64,000 nt of DNA from Acidobacteriota bacterium (GTDB lineage: Bacteria > Acidobacteriota > UBA890 > WLXD01): positions 3,264,001 to 3,328,000 of the forward strand of contig CBDFKD010000002.1 in assembly GCA_965248695.1 (NCBI GenBank), given 5' to 3'. The notes beneath the pieces were generated by a model, which was not told the DNA's origin, did not search any database, and was given only the letters and a program-made list of their open reading frames with translations. The position numbers and the translations under genes are program-made. Within the stretch, counting starts at the first letter, position 1, and the number at the start of each line of letters is the position of its first letter. Positions 1-10,435 of the stretch are shown in pieces.

Positions 1-1362
1 GCGCAGGTCGGCGAGCGCGCCGGGAGTCTCGGTGCGACCGTCGCGCCAGCGCACAATGCCAGGCTGCAGGCCGATCCACACCTCGCCGGCAGACCCGCTC
101 TCCAACTCGGTAACGCGACCCGATGGCAATCCGCTGCCGCGACGCAACCAGCGTGTCACACCACCGTCATCGACCAGCACCCCGTTCGACGTGCCGACCA
201 GCAACCGGCCCTGGCCGTCGACCGCGACGGCGTGCGTCTGCTCGCGGCGCAGCGCGGCTCGCAAGCGGCTGCTGTCGAAGCGGCCGTCGTCGAGGCGGGC
301 GACGCCGCGTGGCGTCGCCACCCAAACGTTGCCCAGCGAATCCCCGGCGACATCGACGCCGGAGTTGCCGGGCAATCCTTGCTCGGCCGTGTAGGTCGTG
401 AAGCTGGCGGGCACCAGCTTCGCCAGACCGTCCTGGGTGGCAATCCAGATATTGCCCTCACGGTCCGCGGCGATGCCATGCGCCGTCGGATGGGGCAAGC
501 CGTTGACCTCGGTGAAGAACCGGGCTTCTTCGCCGTCGATGTGAATCACACCGCCCCAGCTAGCGAACCAGATCGAGCCATCCGGGGCGAGAGTGCCTGC
601 GTTCACGAAGCGAGCCCGCTCGCCCTCCAGCGCTGGGTGCTCGAACGGGCGGAAGCCGGCCCCGGAGGCGCGGAAAACACCGGCGTTCGTTCCCAGCCAT
701 ACGCGACCACTGGCATCCTCGAGGATGTCGTTGACGCGGACACTGGTGTGGATACCCGGCAGCGGTGCTCCCAGCCCGGCTTCACTTGCACGCCGCACGA
801 ACCCCGCGCCCCCGATCCACAGGGTACCGTCGCTGCCGCCGTGCACCGCGAAGGCGTCGACGCGATGAAGCAACTCGGTGGCGGGCTCGGCGCCGCTGAA
901 CTCGATCCGAACCACACCGCCCGGTGTTGCCAGCGCGACGCCGCCCGCGACCAGGGTCAGATCACGGACCCAGGGCTGCTCGGTATCCGCGTCAAGCCGG
1001 GAGGTGTGTAGCTGCCCATCTCCCAACCGCCAGGAAACGCCGTTGCGCGTCGCCGCCACGAGGACTCCCTCGGTCGACTGCAGCACGGCAGTGACGGCGT
1101 TGTCGGCGAGCCCGTCGGCCTCTGTGAGCACGTGGAACGTGGTGCCGTCATAGCGAGCCAGGCCCGATGATGTGGCCACCCAGATCATCCCGGCGGGATC
1201 CTGGTATACACCGACGACTTCCTGACCCGGGAGACCATCAGCCGTCGAATACGGGGTCACGTGCAAGCGCTGCGCCGTCGCGGCGGTAGGAATCGCTAGC
1301 GTCGACGTCACGCCGAGCACCGTGAGGCAAAGCCGCACCACACCGGCCAAGGCCCGTCTCAT
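1..1362 (-). CDS. Two-component regulator propeller (ligand-binding sensor) protein, 5' part; runs off the window edge
   Basis: Not in the ORF track (no stop in window). Hand translation from ATG 1362: signal-like MRRALAGVVRLCLTVLG..AQ, then repeats YSTADGLPGQEVVGVYQDPAGMIWVATSSGLARYDG, EADGLADNAVTAV and EDASGRVWLGTNAGV, typical of Reg_prop repeats. Confidence 0.85.
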   Translation of the reverse strand, partial: MRRALAGVVRLCLTVLGVTSTLAIPTAATAQRLHVTPYSTADGLPGQEVVGVYQDPAGMIWVATSSGLARYDGTTFHVLTEADGLADNAVTAVLQSTEGVLVAATRNGVSWRLGDGQLHTSRLDADTEQPWVRDLTLVAGGVALATPGGVVRIEFSGAEPATELLHRVDAFAVHGGSDGTLWIGGAGFVRRASEAGLGAPLPGIHTSVRVNDILEDASGRVWLGTNAGVFRASGAGFRPFEHPALEGERARFVNAGTLAPDGSIWFASWGGVIHIDGEEARFFTEVNGLPHPTAHGIAADREGNIWIATQDGLAKLVPASFTTYTAEQGLPGNSGVDVAGDSLGNVWVATPRGVARLDDGRFDSSRLRAALRREQTHAVAVDGQGRLLVGTSNGVLVDDGGVTRWLRRGSGLPSGRVTELESGSAGEVWIGLQPGIVRWRDGRTETPGALADLR

Positions 1363-1392
1363 GGGAGAAGCAACCATTCTTGGATCTCGTTG

Positions 1393-1411
1393 ATTACTAA
1401 AAGACAGTAAT
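1393..1411. promoter_or_regulatory. Inverted repeat ATTACT-N7-AGTAAT in an AT-rich promoter patch
   Basis: Perfect 6-bp arms about 30 bp upstream of the sensor gene start, in a locally AT-rich segment. Confidence 0.35.
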
Positions 1412-1479
1412 GGTCCCTAGTACATAGAAATACACCCTTGTGTCCGCCGTTGAGAAGCAGAAAATTGCCTCTGGACCAA

Positions 1480-1566
1480 CCTGTCAGGAGGACAGCGCCA
1501 GCCTGACGGGAGGGAAGCGCACGCCTGGCGGAGGACGGAGCAAGCCTGGCAGGAGGGCAGCGCATG
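1480..1566. repeat. Four imperfect ~22-bp tandem direct repeats (CCTGNCRGGAGGRMAGCGCA-like)
   Basis: Units start at 1480 CCTGTCAGGAGGACAGCGCCAG, 1502 CCTGACGGGAGGGAAGCGCACG, 1524 CCTGGCGGAGGACGGAGCAAG and 1545 CCTGGCAGGAGGGCAGCGCATG; intergenic. Confidence 0.75.
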
Positions 1567-2073
1567 GAGAAAAGACGGGGCCGACCGACGCATCCAGCGG
1601 TGGACAAGCAATGACCGGGATCGTGTCCACTGGCCAATCTTCCGATTCAGCCAACGACCCCGGCCACCGCCACCACGCGAGCGTTTCGCCGACTCGCTTC
1701 GTGGGAGCGATGGGTCGAGGAGGTTGTCGAGTCGCTCCCACTGTGGACAGGCTAGGCTCGGTCCCGGGGCGATACCTGAGGAAGTTCCGCGTTTTCTCTA
1801 AGGGTTTCCTGATGCCGCCATGTGCCGTCGAATTCGTGTCTGCCGTGCCAGCGCCGCGGCAGCGCTCTTGACGTCGCCATACCACCGGCTCGGCGACGCT
1901 CCCGACAGCACATCGACCGCGCCACCTCGGCAAGCGTTGAATCGGCGGCGTGCACCGGCTAGCGTTCGTCTACGCTACCCCGGCGATCAGCAACGGGTGT
2001 ATCGACATTCGCAACGAGAACAACCCGTGGGCGATCGGCGCTCCAGACTGAGCCCAGGTGTCCTCCGAACGGA

Positions 2074-3428
<1,355 letters not shown>

Positions 3429-3432
<4 letters not shown>

Positions 3433-3884
3433 GTCGACGCGAGGTTCGTGTCCTAGTGCGCCGGCTGCCCGGCACCGACGACCTGCCGCTGCCCAGATAC
3501 CAGACCGACGAATCGGCGGCCGTCGACCTGCACGCCGCGCTCACCGAGCCTGTGGAGCTGGATCCCGGCGCCATCGAGCTCATTCCCACCGGCTTGGCGA
3601 TTGCCCTGCCGCCCGGGTATGAAGCGCAGGTACGTCCGCGTTCCGGCCTTGCTGTGAAACACGGCGTCTCGCTGCCCAATACGCCTGCCACTATCGACGC
3701 CGACTATCGCGGCGAGATCAAAGTCCCGCTGATCAACCACGGCCACGAGGCCGTGACCGTCACGCGCGGCATGCGCATCGCGCAGATGCTGGTGGCGCCG
3801 GTACCGCGCATCGTCTGGGACGAGGTCGACCAGCTGCCCGAAACCGACCGTGGACCGGGCGGTTTCGGGCACACCGGCGATTAG
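3429..3884 (+). CDS. dut: dUTP diphosphatase (dUTPase)
   Basis: [30 protein letters not shown] and [10 protein letters not shown] dUTPase motifs. Confidence 0.97.
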
Positions 3885-4706
3885 CTACTGGTTCGACGGG
3901 CGCTCGGGCTGCTGATCGTCCGGCTGTTGATCAGGCTGCTCGAAGCGGCCTCGCCCGCGACCGCCCATCGACTCCTGGTGCGCCTCCAGCTCCGCGCGGG
4001 TTACCTGCCCGTTGCCATCGGCGTCGGCCCTCGATAGTCGTTCCCAGAGCATCTCCGGCAGCTGCTCGGCGCTGAGGTAGCCAACACCATCAGCGTCGAA
4101 TCGGGAAAACAGGCCATCGAGCATGCGTTCACGCATGGCGTCGCGAGCCTCACCCCAATCCCCGCGTTCGGCGCCTTGCCCACCAGCCGGGCCAGCGGGC
4201 CTGGCGGCTCGACCACGACCTCCGAATCTGCCGGCTCGGAAGCCTCCGGACCAGTGGCGACCACCCCGAAATCCGGGACGGCTGGTCCAGAGGCCCCCGC
4301 CGGCGAACCCTCTCCGACCGAAACGAGCCAAGTGACGGCCACCACGACCGCCGACGAATCCGCCAAAGCCGCGCCCAGGACCGAAGCGGCGCCCGGCAGA
4401 GAATCCCCGGCCGGCGGCAACCCCCCCAACAAAGGCTCGACGTCCCATGCTCCGGCTCTGTCGCGGCATCAACTCGTCGACGCCGACGCTGCCGTCGCCG
4501 TCTGCATCAAGCGCTGTGAGTGACTCCGAGGCCGAAGCGATCTCTGCCGCCGAGATCTCACCGTCGCCATCGGTATCCAGTGCGTTCAACAGCTGCGGCG
4601 CTTGGCCCCAGCCGCCAGGCTCTTCATCAGGCGCCTGTGCCAAGGCACTCCCGGCGCAGACCAGCACAGCGACCACCGCCGCCGCGGATGTCTTGAAAGC
4701 ACTCAT
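3885..4706 (-). CDS. Secreted EF-hand protein with Gly/Arg/Phe-rich low-complexity linker
   Basis: Signal peptide ending ALA-Q; EF-hand loops DTDGDGEISAAE, DADGDGSVGVDE, DADGVGYLSAEQ, DADGNGQVTRAE; RBS GAAGGAGG. Confidence 0.85.
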   Translation of the reverse strand: MSAFKTSAAAVVAVLVCAGSALAQAPDEEPGGWGQAPQLLNALDTDGDGEISAAEIASASESLTALDADGDGSVGVDELMPRQSRSMGRRAFVGGVAAGRGFSAGRRFGPGRGFGGFVGGRGGRHLARFGRRGFAGGGLWTSRPGFRGGRHWSGGFRAGRFGGRGRAARPAGPAGGQGAERGDWGEARDAMRERMLDGLFSRFDADGVGYLSAEQLPEMLWERLSRADADGNGQVTRAELEAHQESMGGRGRGRFEQPDQQPDDQQPERPSNQ

Positions 4707-4816
4707 CGCGTTCCTCCTTCATCTGATGGGCAACGCGACCCGACGGGTACGCCCGCGCCTCGATCCCCTCTTGTTGGATTGGACCAGATCGACGGGCAAA
4801 TGGTCGTCGGCAACCG

Positions 4817-4831
4817 GCAAAGTTGTGTAAA
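4817..4831. promoter_or_regulatory. CpxR/OmpR-family-like box GCAAA-N5-GTAAA upstream of the EF-hand gene
   Basis: GCAAAGTTGTGTAAA matches GTAAA-N5-GTAAA at 9 of 10 positions, about 110 bp upstream of the ATG. Confidence 0.4.
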
Positions 4832-5281
4832 GAACTGTAGTCAGACTGGCCGGCAGGCTTGAAACACTGGAGCGCGCTCAGTCGAATCCGGGGCGAGCGA
4901 CGAAGATGCAGCCGAACTCACCGATCGCGGCAAGGCGATCTTACTGGGCGCACTCGCCGGAATTGGACGGAGTGGAGATGGTCTTTGGATCTGCGGGGAC
5001 CGGACGATATTCCCCTTGAACTTCTTGGGGCCGGTCCGAGACACCTGTTCGAAGCGGATGCTCTTGATGTCCTTCAGGGCTTGCCGCCTGACCCAACGGC
5101 AACCGATACCGCTGCCGTCGACGACCTCCACCTCCAGCGTAGCGGCGAGGCTTCGTGTTGTAGGCCAAGACCCTATAGGGGTGCCGGTTTCGCCAGGCGT
5201 CGAGTTGACGGCTCCTAGCGGTGTCTGGCCGGACTCGGCAGTTGTTGCATAGAACTGTTGAGCGAACGAGCGCGCCGGGTT

Positions 5282-5518
5282 CTAGCCGCTCTCGCGCGCC
5301 GCAGCGAATAGGACCACTACCCCGAGCAGCACGAAGACCGCGCCCCAAACCGCCTCGCTATTGTGCGGGAAGAGGTTCTGCAGGAACAAACCTCCGCCGA
5401 TCGCGATCAGCGACACCCCGCATAGCCATCCGCCCCACGGGAACGGCCAGCAGGTGTAGTAGTAGTAGTGCGTCTCGGTGGATTGTTGCCCGGTCCGTTG
5501 GATCGTGTCGTTGTCCAT
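5282..5518 (-). CDS. Small two-TM membrane protein (LiaI/LiaF-like TM region)
   Basis: RBS AGGAGAG; GVSLIAIGGGLFLQNL and VWGAVFVLLGVVVLF helices. Confidence 0.7.
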   Translation of the reverse strand: MDNDTIQRTGQQSTETHYYYYTCWPFPWGGWLCGVSLIAIGGGLFLQNLFPHNSEAVWGAVFVLLGVVVLFAAARESG

Positions 5519-5546
5519 TGCAGCTCTCCTATGTGTGGTTTGGGGG

Positions 5547-5780
5547 CTAACGAGAGAAGGGTGGCCGCTGTCCGCCGGCCTCGGTCAGCACCCAGATCCC
5601 CAGCGCCAGCAGGATCCCCGGGCCGATGAGATCGTGCACAACGCCGGGGAGAACATCGAGCTCGGTGAGGATCAGAACGAGGCCGACAACGACGCCGCCT
5701 CCGCCCCAGAAGAACAGCCCGCTGCGACCTGCACAGCAGAAGGGCAGATAGCGGATCTCGCGCTGTGGATGGTTCACCAT
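5547..5780 (-). CDS. Small two-TM membrane protein (LiaI/LiaF-like TM region)
   Basis: RBS GGAGG; VVVGLVLILTEL and IGPGILLALGIWVL; preceded by a BlaI-type box. Confidence 0.7.
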   Translation of the reverse strand: MVNHPQREIRYLPFCCAGRSGLFFWGGGGVVVGLVLILTELDVLPGVVHDLIGPGILLALGIWVLTEAGGQRPPFSR

Positions 5781-5793
5781 CAGACCTCCACTT

Positions 5794-5807
5794 ACTACGG
5801 TTGTAGG
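5794..5807. promoter_or_regulatory. Putative BlaI/MecI operator (second copy)
   Basis: ACTACGGTTGTAGG; its reverse complement matches the 7216-7229 palindrome at 12 of 13 core positions. Confidence 0.6.
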
Positions 5808-5825
5808 ATTTCAGCTCAAGAAAAA

Positions 5826-6803
5826 TCACGCACTGAAGAACAAGAGAACCAACATCAGCCAAGTCACCGCAAAGCCACACCGTTGACGCATCCACCCCAA
5901 CTGAGTGTCACGCTCCATCAGATGTTCGACCCTCTCGGAGAGCATCGGACGGACGCCCAGCAACTGCGGAACGAACTGCAACCGGCGGGTCAGCTCCGTG
6001 CGGCTGGCGGCGGCGTATCGGTACGTTTTCATCAGCATTCCGGCGTAGGTCTCGGGGCCGCCCAGAACATCGACCGCGACGTCGTCGCAAGCCTTCTCCT
6101 CCTCCCGGTGCAGCTGCGCCGCTATCACCCCGGCGAACGGGTTCAGGGTCGAGAAGACGCGCACGCCCTCGGACGAGAAACAGTTTCCCGGCTGCCGCAG
6201 GTAGATATGGGCCAGTTCGTGGGCCAGGGCGCCGCGCAATTCTGCGTCCCCCAGCCGCGCCAAGAGATTCGACGGAAAGACGATCGCCGGGTCACCCTCG
6301 ACGATCACCGCCGGTGAGGCAAGATTCGTCTGCGTCAGGAGCCGCGGGCGCTGAGGCAACCCTTCGAACCGGCAGCGAGCCCGGATGCGCTCGGCGTTGG
6401 CTCGATACAACGCCATGACCTCATCGAGCGCCGCCGCCAGGCGTCCGTCCTCCGGCACCGGCGTCGCTCCCGTCAGCAGCGCCCCTTGCGCTCGCCGGGC
6501 GAGGGCCCACCGCACGAGAACCGCGATGCCGGTGAGCAGGATGAACACCGGCAGGACCGTCTGCGTCGGTACCGCTTGGCGCGCCCAATCGCCGAATACC
6601 TGCCGCGGCCACGCAACCACCAGCGCCAGCCCGAGCAACACCAGCGTCGACTTCAACAGCGGTGCCAGGTACAGGCACAGGCGCAACTTGCCATGCTGAA
6701 TACGAAAGACATGTACGGCCAGATGGACAAAGGCCCAGGTCAGGCTGCCGGCAACGAGGGCCGGCAGCACGTTGTTCAGCAGGAACTGGCTCGCGACGCT
6801 CAT
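5826..6803 (-). CDS. M56 family (BlaR1-like) membrane metallopeptidase, no C-terminal sensor domain
   Basis: Start MSVASQF overlaps the blaI stop (ATGA); N-terminal TM helices; ALAHELAHI, REEEKACDD, LSERVEHL motifs. Confidence 0.9.
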   Translation of the reverse strand: MSVASQFLLNNVLPALVAGSLTWAFVHLAVHVFRIQHGKLRLCLYLAPLLKSTLVLLGLALVVAWPRQVFGDWARQAVPTQTVLPVFILLTGIAVLVRWALARRAQGALLTGATPVPEDGRLAAALDEVMALYRANAERIRARCRFEGLPQRPRLLTQTNLASPAVIVEGDPAIVFPSNLLARLGDAELRGALAHELAHIYLRQPGNCFSSEGVRVFSTLNPFAGVIAAQLHREEEKACDDVAVDVLGGPETYAGMLMKTYRYAAASRTELTRRLQFVPQLLGVRPMLSERVEHLMERDTQLGWMRQRCGFAVTWLMLVLLFFSA

Positions 6804-7204
6804 CGCTGTCGGTCCTGGCGTTTTCGGCGGATCAGTTCCTCGAGCCGCCGCAGTTCGTCGTCGTCGACGCGCTCGTCCGACTCGATCAGGTGCGCGATGG
6901 CCCGGCTCGTCGAGCCGCCGTAGACTCGCCCAACGACCGATTGCAGCAGAGAGCCTGCGACCGCATCCTGGCTGGCCGCCGGCCTGTAGACATAGGCCCG
7001 GCCGTCCTTGTGGCGCTTCAGCAGCCCCTTGTCGGCGAGCCGAGTCATTACCGTCATGACCGTGGTGTAGGCAGCACCGCGCGTGGGCTCGAGGGCACGG
7101 CGCACATCTTCGACCGTCGCCTCCGTCGAATCCCACACGACCCGCATGATCTCCGCTTCCAGATCTCCCAGCCGATCCGGACTGCCGGGTTCCTGCCTGC
7201 TCAT
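6800..7204 (-). CDS. BlaI/MecI/CopY family repressor
   Basis: LGDLEAEIMRVVW, AYTTVMTVMTRLADKGLL, GRAYVY, DELRRLEELI. Confidence 0.95.
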   Translation of the reverse strand: MSRQEPGSPDRLGDLEAEIMRVVWDSTEATVEDVRRALEPTRGAAYTTVMTVMTRLADKGLLKRHKDGRAYVYRPAASQDAVAGSLLQSVVGRVYGGSTSRAIAHLIESDERVDDDELRRLEELIRRKRQDRQR

Positions 7205-7215
7205 GCGAAAGTTCT

Positions 7216-7229
7216 ACTACGACCGTAGT
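7216..7229. promoter_or_regulatory. Putative BlaI operator palindrome ACTAC-GACC-GTAGT
   Basis: Perfect 5-bp arms just upstream of the blaI-like ATG; resembles the TACA-NN-TGTA boxes of BlaI/MecI/CopY. Confidence 0.65.
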
Positions 7230-7236
7230 TTCTAAA

Positions 7237-8760
7237 TCAAGTCGGCATCGCCTGACGCAGTGACCTGACCAGCGAGATGGCCATTGCGATGCCGATGAAC
7301 AGCACCGGGAACGATGCGATCAACACACCCAGCCGGATGACCTGGAGCCCACCGACGAACATCATGAACACCGGCAATACGCCGATCACCAGCGCCCAGA
7401 ACAGGCGGTGCTCGCGGCCAGGGTTCTGGTTTGCCCGCAACTCGGCAGTGACGCTGGCGGCGAGGGTGTACGAGGCCGAATCGTAGGTCGTGGCTACGGA
7501 GATGCAGCTCACCACCGCGAGGACGGCGAGCGCGAGCGCACCGTAGGGCAGCGACGCGACGATCTGCGCGGTGGCGACGTTCATGCCGCTCTCCGCCAGT
7601 ATGGCGCTCAACGGCAGGACACCCTCCAGCTCCAAGTACAGGGCGTAGTTGCCCATGATGAAGTAGAAGATCCAGCATCCCAGCGTGCCGAAGAAGATCA
7701 TCGAAACGACGACCTGTCGGATCGTGCGCCCACGGGAGATGCGGGTCACGAAGATGCCGATCACCGGGGCAAAGGCGATCCACCAGGCCCAGTAGAAGAT
7801 CGTCCAGGCCTCTACGAAGCCGGTCGACTCGACGGCGTCGGTCCAGGTCATCATGCGGACGAAGTTCTGCACCATGAAGCCGACGGTGTCGGTGGAGGTC
7901 TTGAGGATGAACAGTGTCGGCCCCACCAGCAGCATGTAGCCCAGGAAGCACAGCACCAGCACCACGTTGAGGTCGCTCAGCCGCTTGATGCCGCGCTCGA
8001 GCCCCTTGTAGACGCTGACCGCGAACAGCCCGACGCAGAAGATCACCACGCCGGCCTCGAGGCTGAACGACGACTCGATGCCGAACAGCTCGGCGAGCAC
8101 CGCGGCGATCATCGGGGCGATTAGCCCCAGCGACGTGCCGGCTCCACCGATAAGGCCGAGCATGGCGGCAAGGTTGATGAGCCGTCCGACGACGCTGCGA
8201 TGACCCTCTGGTCCGAGCAACGCATGGCACGACGTGCTGGCGCACAGGTGCGGCACGCGCTCGACGTAGAACGGGTAGGCAATCGCCACCGTGGCCAGCG
8301 CGTACAGGCTCCAGGCAGTCACTCCCCAGTGGAACGGCCCGTAGGCGCTGGCCCACGCGATCGCCTCGACGGAGCGCGGCTCGGCACCGAACGGTGGCGC
8401 ATTGTAGTAGCTGATCCACTCCACGCCTCCAAACACTAGAAGCGACGCACCGGTGCCGGCGCAGAACAGCATCCCGGCCCAGGAGAAGGTCGAGAAGTCC
8501 GGCCGCTCGCCTTCGCCCCCCAGCCGTACCTGACCATGGCGGCTCGTGGCCAGCCAGATGAGGAACAGAATCGCGCCGATGGCGCACCACTGGTACAGGA
8601 ATCCGAAGTTGTGCGTCAGGCCATCGTACAGATCAGAGACCAAGGCCCCGGCGCGATCTGGATCGACACCGAGGGGAATACTCGCGGCGGCGACCACGCC
8701 GATGACGACGGTGAACATTACCCAGTCGATCTTCGGATCTGCCGGTGCGCCGCCACGCAT
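7237..8760 (-). CDS. BCCT family (betaine/carnitine/choline) transporter
   Basis: FSWAGMLFCAG, FHWG, GIKRLSDLN, WTIFYWAWWIAFAP..FVTRISRGRTIR signature; ATG overlaps the ALDH stop (TGATG). Confidence 0.95.
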   Translation of the reverse strand: MRGGAPADPKIDWVMFTVVIGVVAAASIPLGVDPDRAGALVSDLYDGLTHNFGFLYQWCAIGAILFLIWLATSRHGQVRLGGEGERPDFSTFSWAGMLFCAGTGASLLVFGGVEWISYYNAPPFGAEPRSVEAIAWASAYGPFHWGVTAWSLYALATVAIAYPFYVERVPHLCASTSCHALLGPEGHRSVVGRLINLAAMLGLIGGAGTSLGLIAPMIAAVLAELFGIESSFSLEAGVVIFCVGLFAVSVYKGLERGIKRLSDLNVVLVLCFLGYMLLVGPTLFILKTSTDTVGFMVQNFVRMMTWTDAVESTGFVEAWTIFYWAWWIAFAPVIGIFVTRISRGRTIRQVVVSMIFFGTLGCWIFYFIMGNYALYLELEGVLPLSAILAESGMNVATAQIVASLPYGALALAVLAVVSCISVATTYDSASYTLAASVTAELRANQNPGREHRLFWALVIGVLPVFMMFVGGLQVIRLGVLIASFPVLFIGIAMAISLVRSLRQAMPT

Positions 8761-10244
8761 CAGCGCATCACGAAGGGGTTCGCCATCGGCTCGCTGGAGG
8801 TGTTGACCCACACGGACTTGGAGCGCGTGTAGTCGTAGATCGCCTGCAGTCCGCTCTCGCGACCGTAACCGCTGTTCTTGAAGCCGCCGAACTCGGCCAC
8901 CGGGGAGACCACGCGGTAGGTGTTGACCCACACGATGCCGGCGCGGATGGCGCGGGTCATGCGTAACGCGCGGGCGCTGTCGCGGGTGAAGATGCCAGCC
9001 GCAAGGCCATACTTGGTGTCGTTGGCAGCCGCCACGACCTCCTCCTCGGTGCTGAATCGCAGCACGCTGAGCACCGGCCCGAACAGTTCGGTATCGACGA
9101 TCTGATCGCCCTGACCGGTGCACTCGATGATCGTCGGCTCGAAGAACCACCCGTCCCCCAGTCCCGACGGGCGGCCACCGCCGTGGAGGATCCTGGCACC
9201 CTGCTCCCGGGCCACCTCGATCTCCCGCTCGATCCTCTGTAGCTGGGCCTCGGTGGCCAGCGGGCCCATCTGAGTCTCATCAGCCAGCGGATCGCCGATG
9301 CGGATCTGGTCGGCTCTTTCGACCAGGCCTGCGAGGAACTGGTCGGCGATGCTCTCGTGTAGGTAGAGGCGAGATCCGGCGACACAGCTCTGACCGCTGG
9401 CGCCGAAGATGCTGGCCACGACGCCATTCGTGGCGCTCTCCATGTCGGCATCCTCGAAGACGACGACCGGAGACTTGCCGCCGAGCTCCAGCGACACCTG
9501 GGCGAGATTCTCCGCCGAGTTGCGAACCACGTGCCGCGCGGTCTCGGGACCGCCGGTGAAGCTGATGCGGGCCACGAGGGGGTGCGCGGTCAGCGCTTGC
9601 CCGCACGGTTGGCCGTGGCCGGAGATGATGTTGACCACGCCGGCAGGAAAGCCGGCCTCCTCGACGACGCGACCGAACTCCAGCAGCGGCGCCGAGGCGT
9701 CCTCGGAGGCCTTCACGACCACCGTGTTGCCGGCGGCGAGCGCCGGTCCCACCTTGACCGCCAGCAGGAACAGCTGCGAGTTCCAGGGAACCACTGCTGC
9801 GACAACACCGAGCGGCTCGCGCGTCGTGAACACCAGCAGGTCCGGCTTGTCGATGGGCAGGGTCTCGCCGTGTACCTTGTCGGCCAGACCGGCGTAGTAG
9901 TGGAAGTACTCGGCGATGTAGCCGGCCTGCCAGCGAGTCTCCTTGAGCAACTTGCCGGTATCGACGGTCTCGGTCCGCCCCAGGGCTTCCGATCGTTCGG
10001 CGAGCAGGTCACCGAGCTTGCGCAGGTACTTACCGCGCGCGGTCGGAGTGGTAGCGGCCCAGGGGCCCTCGGTGAATGCGCGGTGTGCCGCCGCCACGGC
10101 ACGGTTGACGTCCGCCTCGCTGGCATCGGGGATGCTGGCCCACGTCTCGCCGGTGGCGGGATTGACACTGTCGAAGCGGCGATCCCCCTCGGCGTCGACC
10201 CACTCGCCGTCGATCAGCATCTGGTATCGCTCGTTGCTACCCAT
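8760..10244 (-). CDS. Aldehyde dehydrogenase, TgnC-like
   Basis: PWNSQLFL, KASED, FTGGPETARHVVRNSAEN, LELGGKSP, GQSCVAG, ELFGP and C-terminal PFVMR, as recalled for the trigonelline-pathway dehydrogenase. Confidence 0.9.
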   Translation of the reverse strand: MGSNERYQMLIDGEWVDAEGDRRFDSVNPATGETWASIPDASEADVNRAVAAAHRAFTEGPWAATTPTARGKYLRKLGDLLAERSEALGRTETVDTGKLLKETRWQAGYIAEYFHYYAGLADKVHGETLPIDKPDLLVFTTREPLGVVAAVVPWNSQLFLLAVKVGPALAAGNTVVVKASEDASAPLLEFGRVVEEAGFPAGVVNIISGHGQPCGQALTAHPLVARISFTGGPETARHVVRNSAENLAQVSLELGGKSPVVVFEDADMESATNGVVASIFGASGQSCVAGSRLYLHESIADQFLAGLVERADQIRIGDPLADETQMGPLATEAQLQRIEREIEVAREQGARILHGGGRPSGLGDGWFFEPTIIECTGQGDQIVDTELFGPVLSVLRFSTEEEVVAAANDTKYGLAAGIFTRDSARALRMTRAIRAGIVWVNTYRVVSPVAEFGGFKNSGYGRESGLQAIYDYTRSKSVWVNTSSEPMANPFVMR

Positions 10245-10435
10245 GCTCTCCAACCTCACTTTGGCCAGCTTCTTCGTTGTCTTTTCCCGGCGCCGCGAGC
10301 CACACGAGTCGCGTGCAGGGGGTAGTTGTGCCTTTTGGTCACCTCGACATCAAGTGACGACCGGCAACCACGCGCATAAGATGGGGGCCCCGCGGAGCGG
10401 GGGGTACGCGCAATTCGACCCATGAGGCGGGCATT

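Noticed and set aside
232-1011. 259-aa plus-strand ORF
   Set aside because: Antisense to the propeller sensor gene, which the ORF track missed because it has no stop in the window.
1480-1566. Mini CRISPR array
   Set aside because: Repeats are adjacent with no spacers, are degenerate, and there are no cas genes.
4841-5252. Short ORFs, including one with KDIKSIRFEQVSRTGPKKFKGNIV
   Set aside because: A short stretch looks protein-like but no family can be recognised; a possible remnant, not supportable.
5826-7136. Extended N-termini given by the ORF track (M56, BCCT, carnitine dehydrogenase, DUF885, VPS10, map, cytochrome c)
   Set aside because: The extensions overlap upstream genes; downstream starts with an RBS or stop/start coupling fit better.
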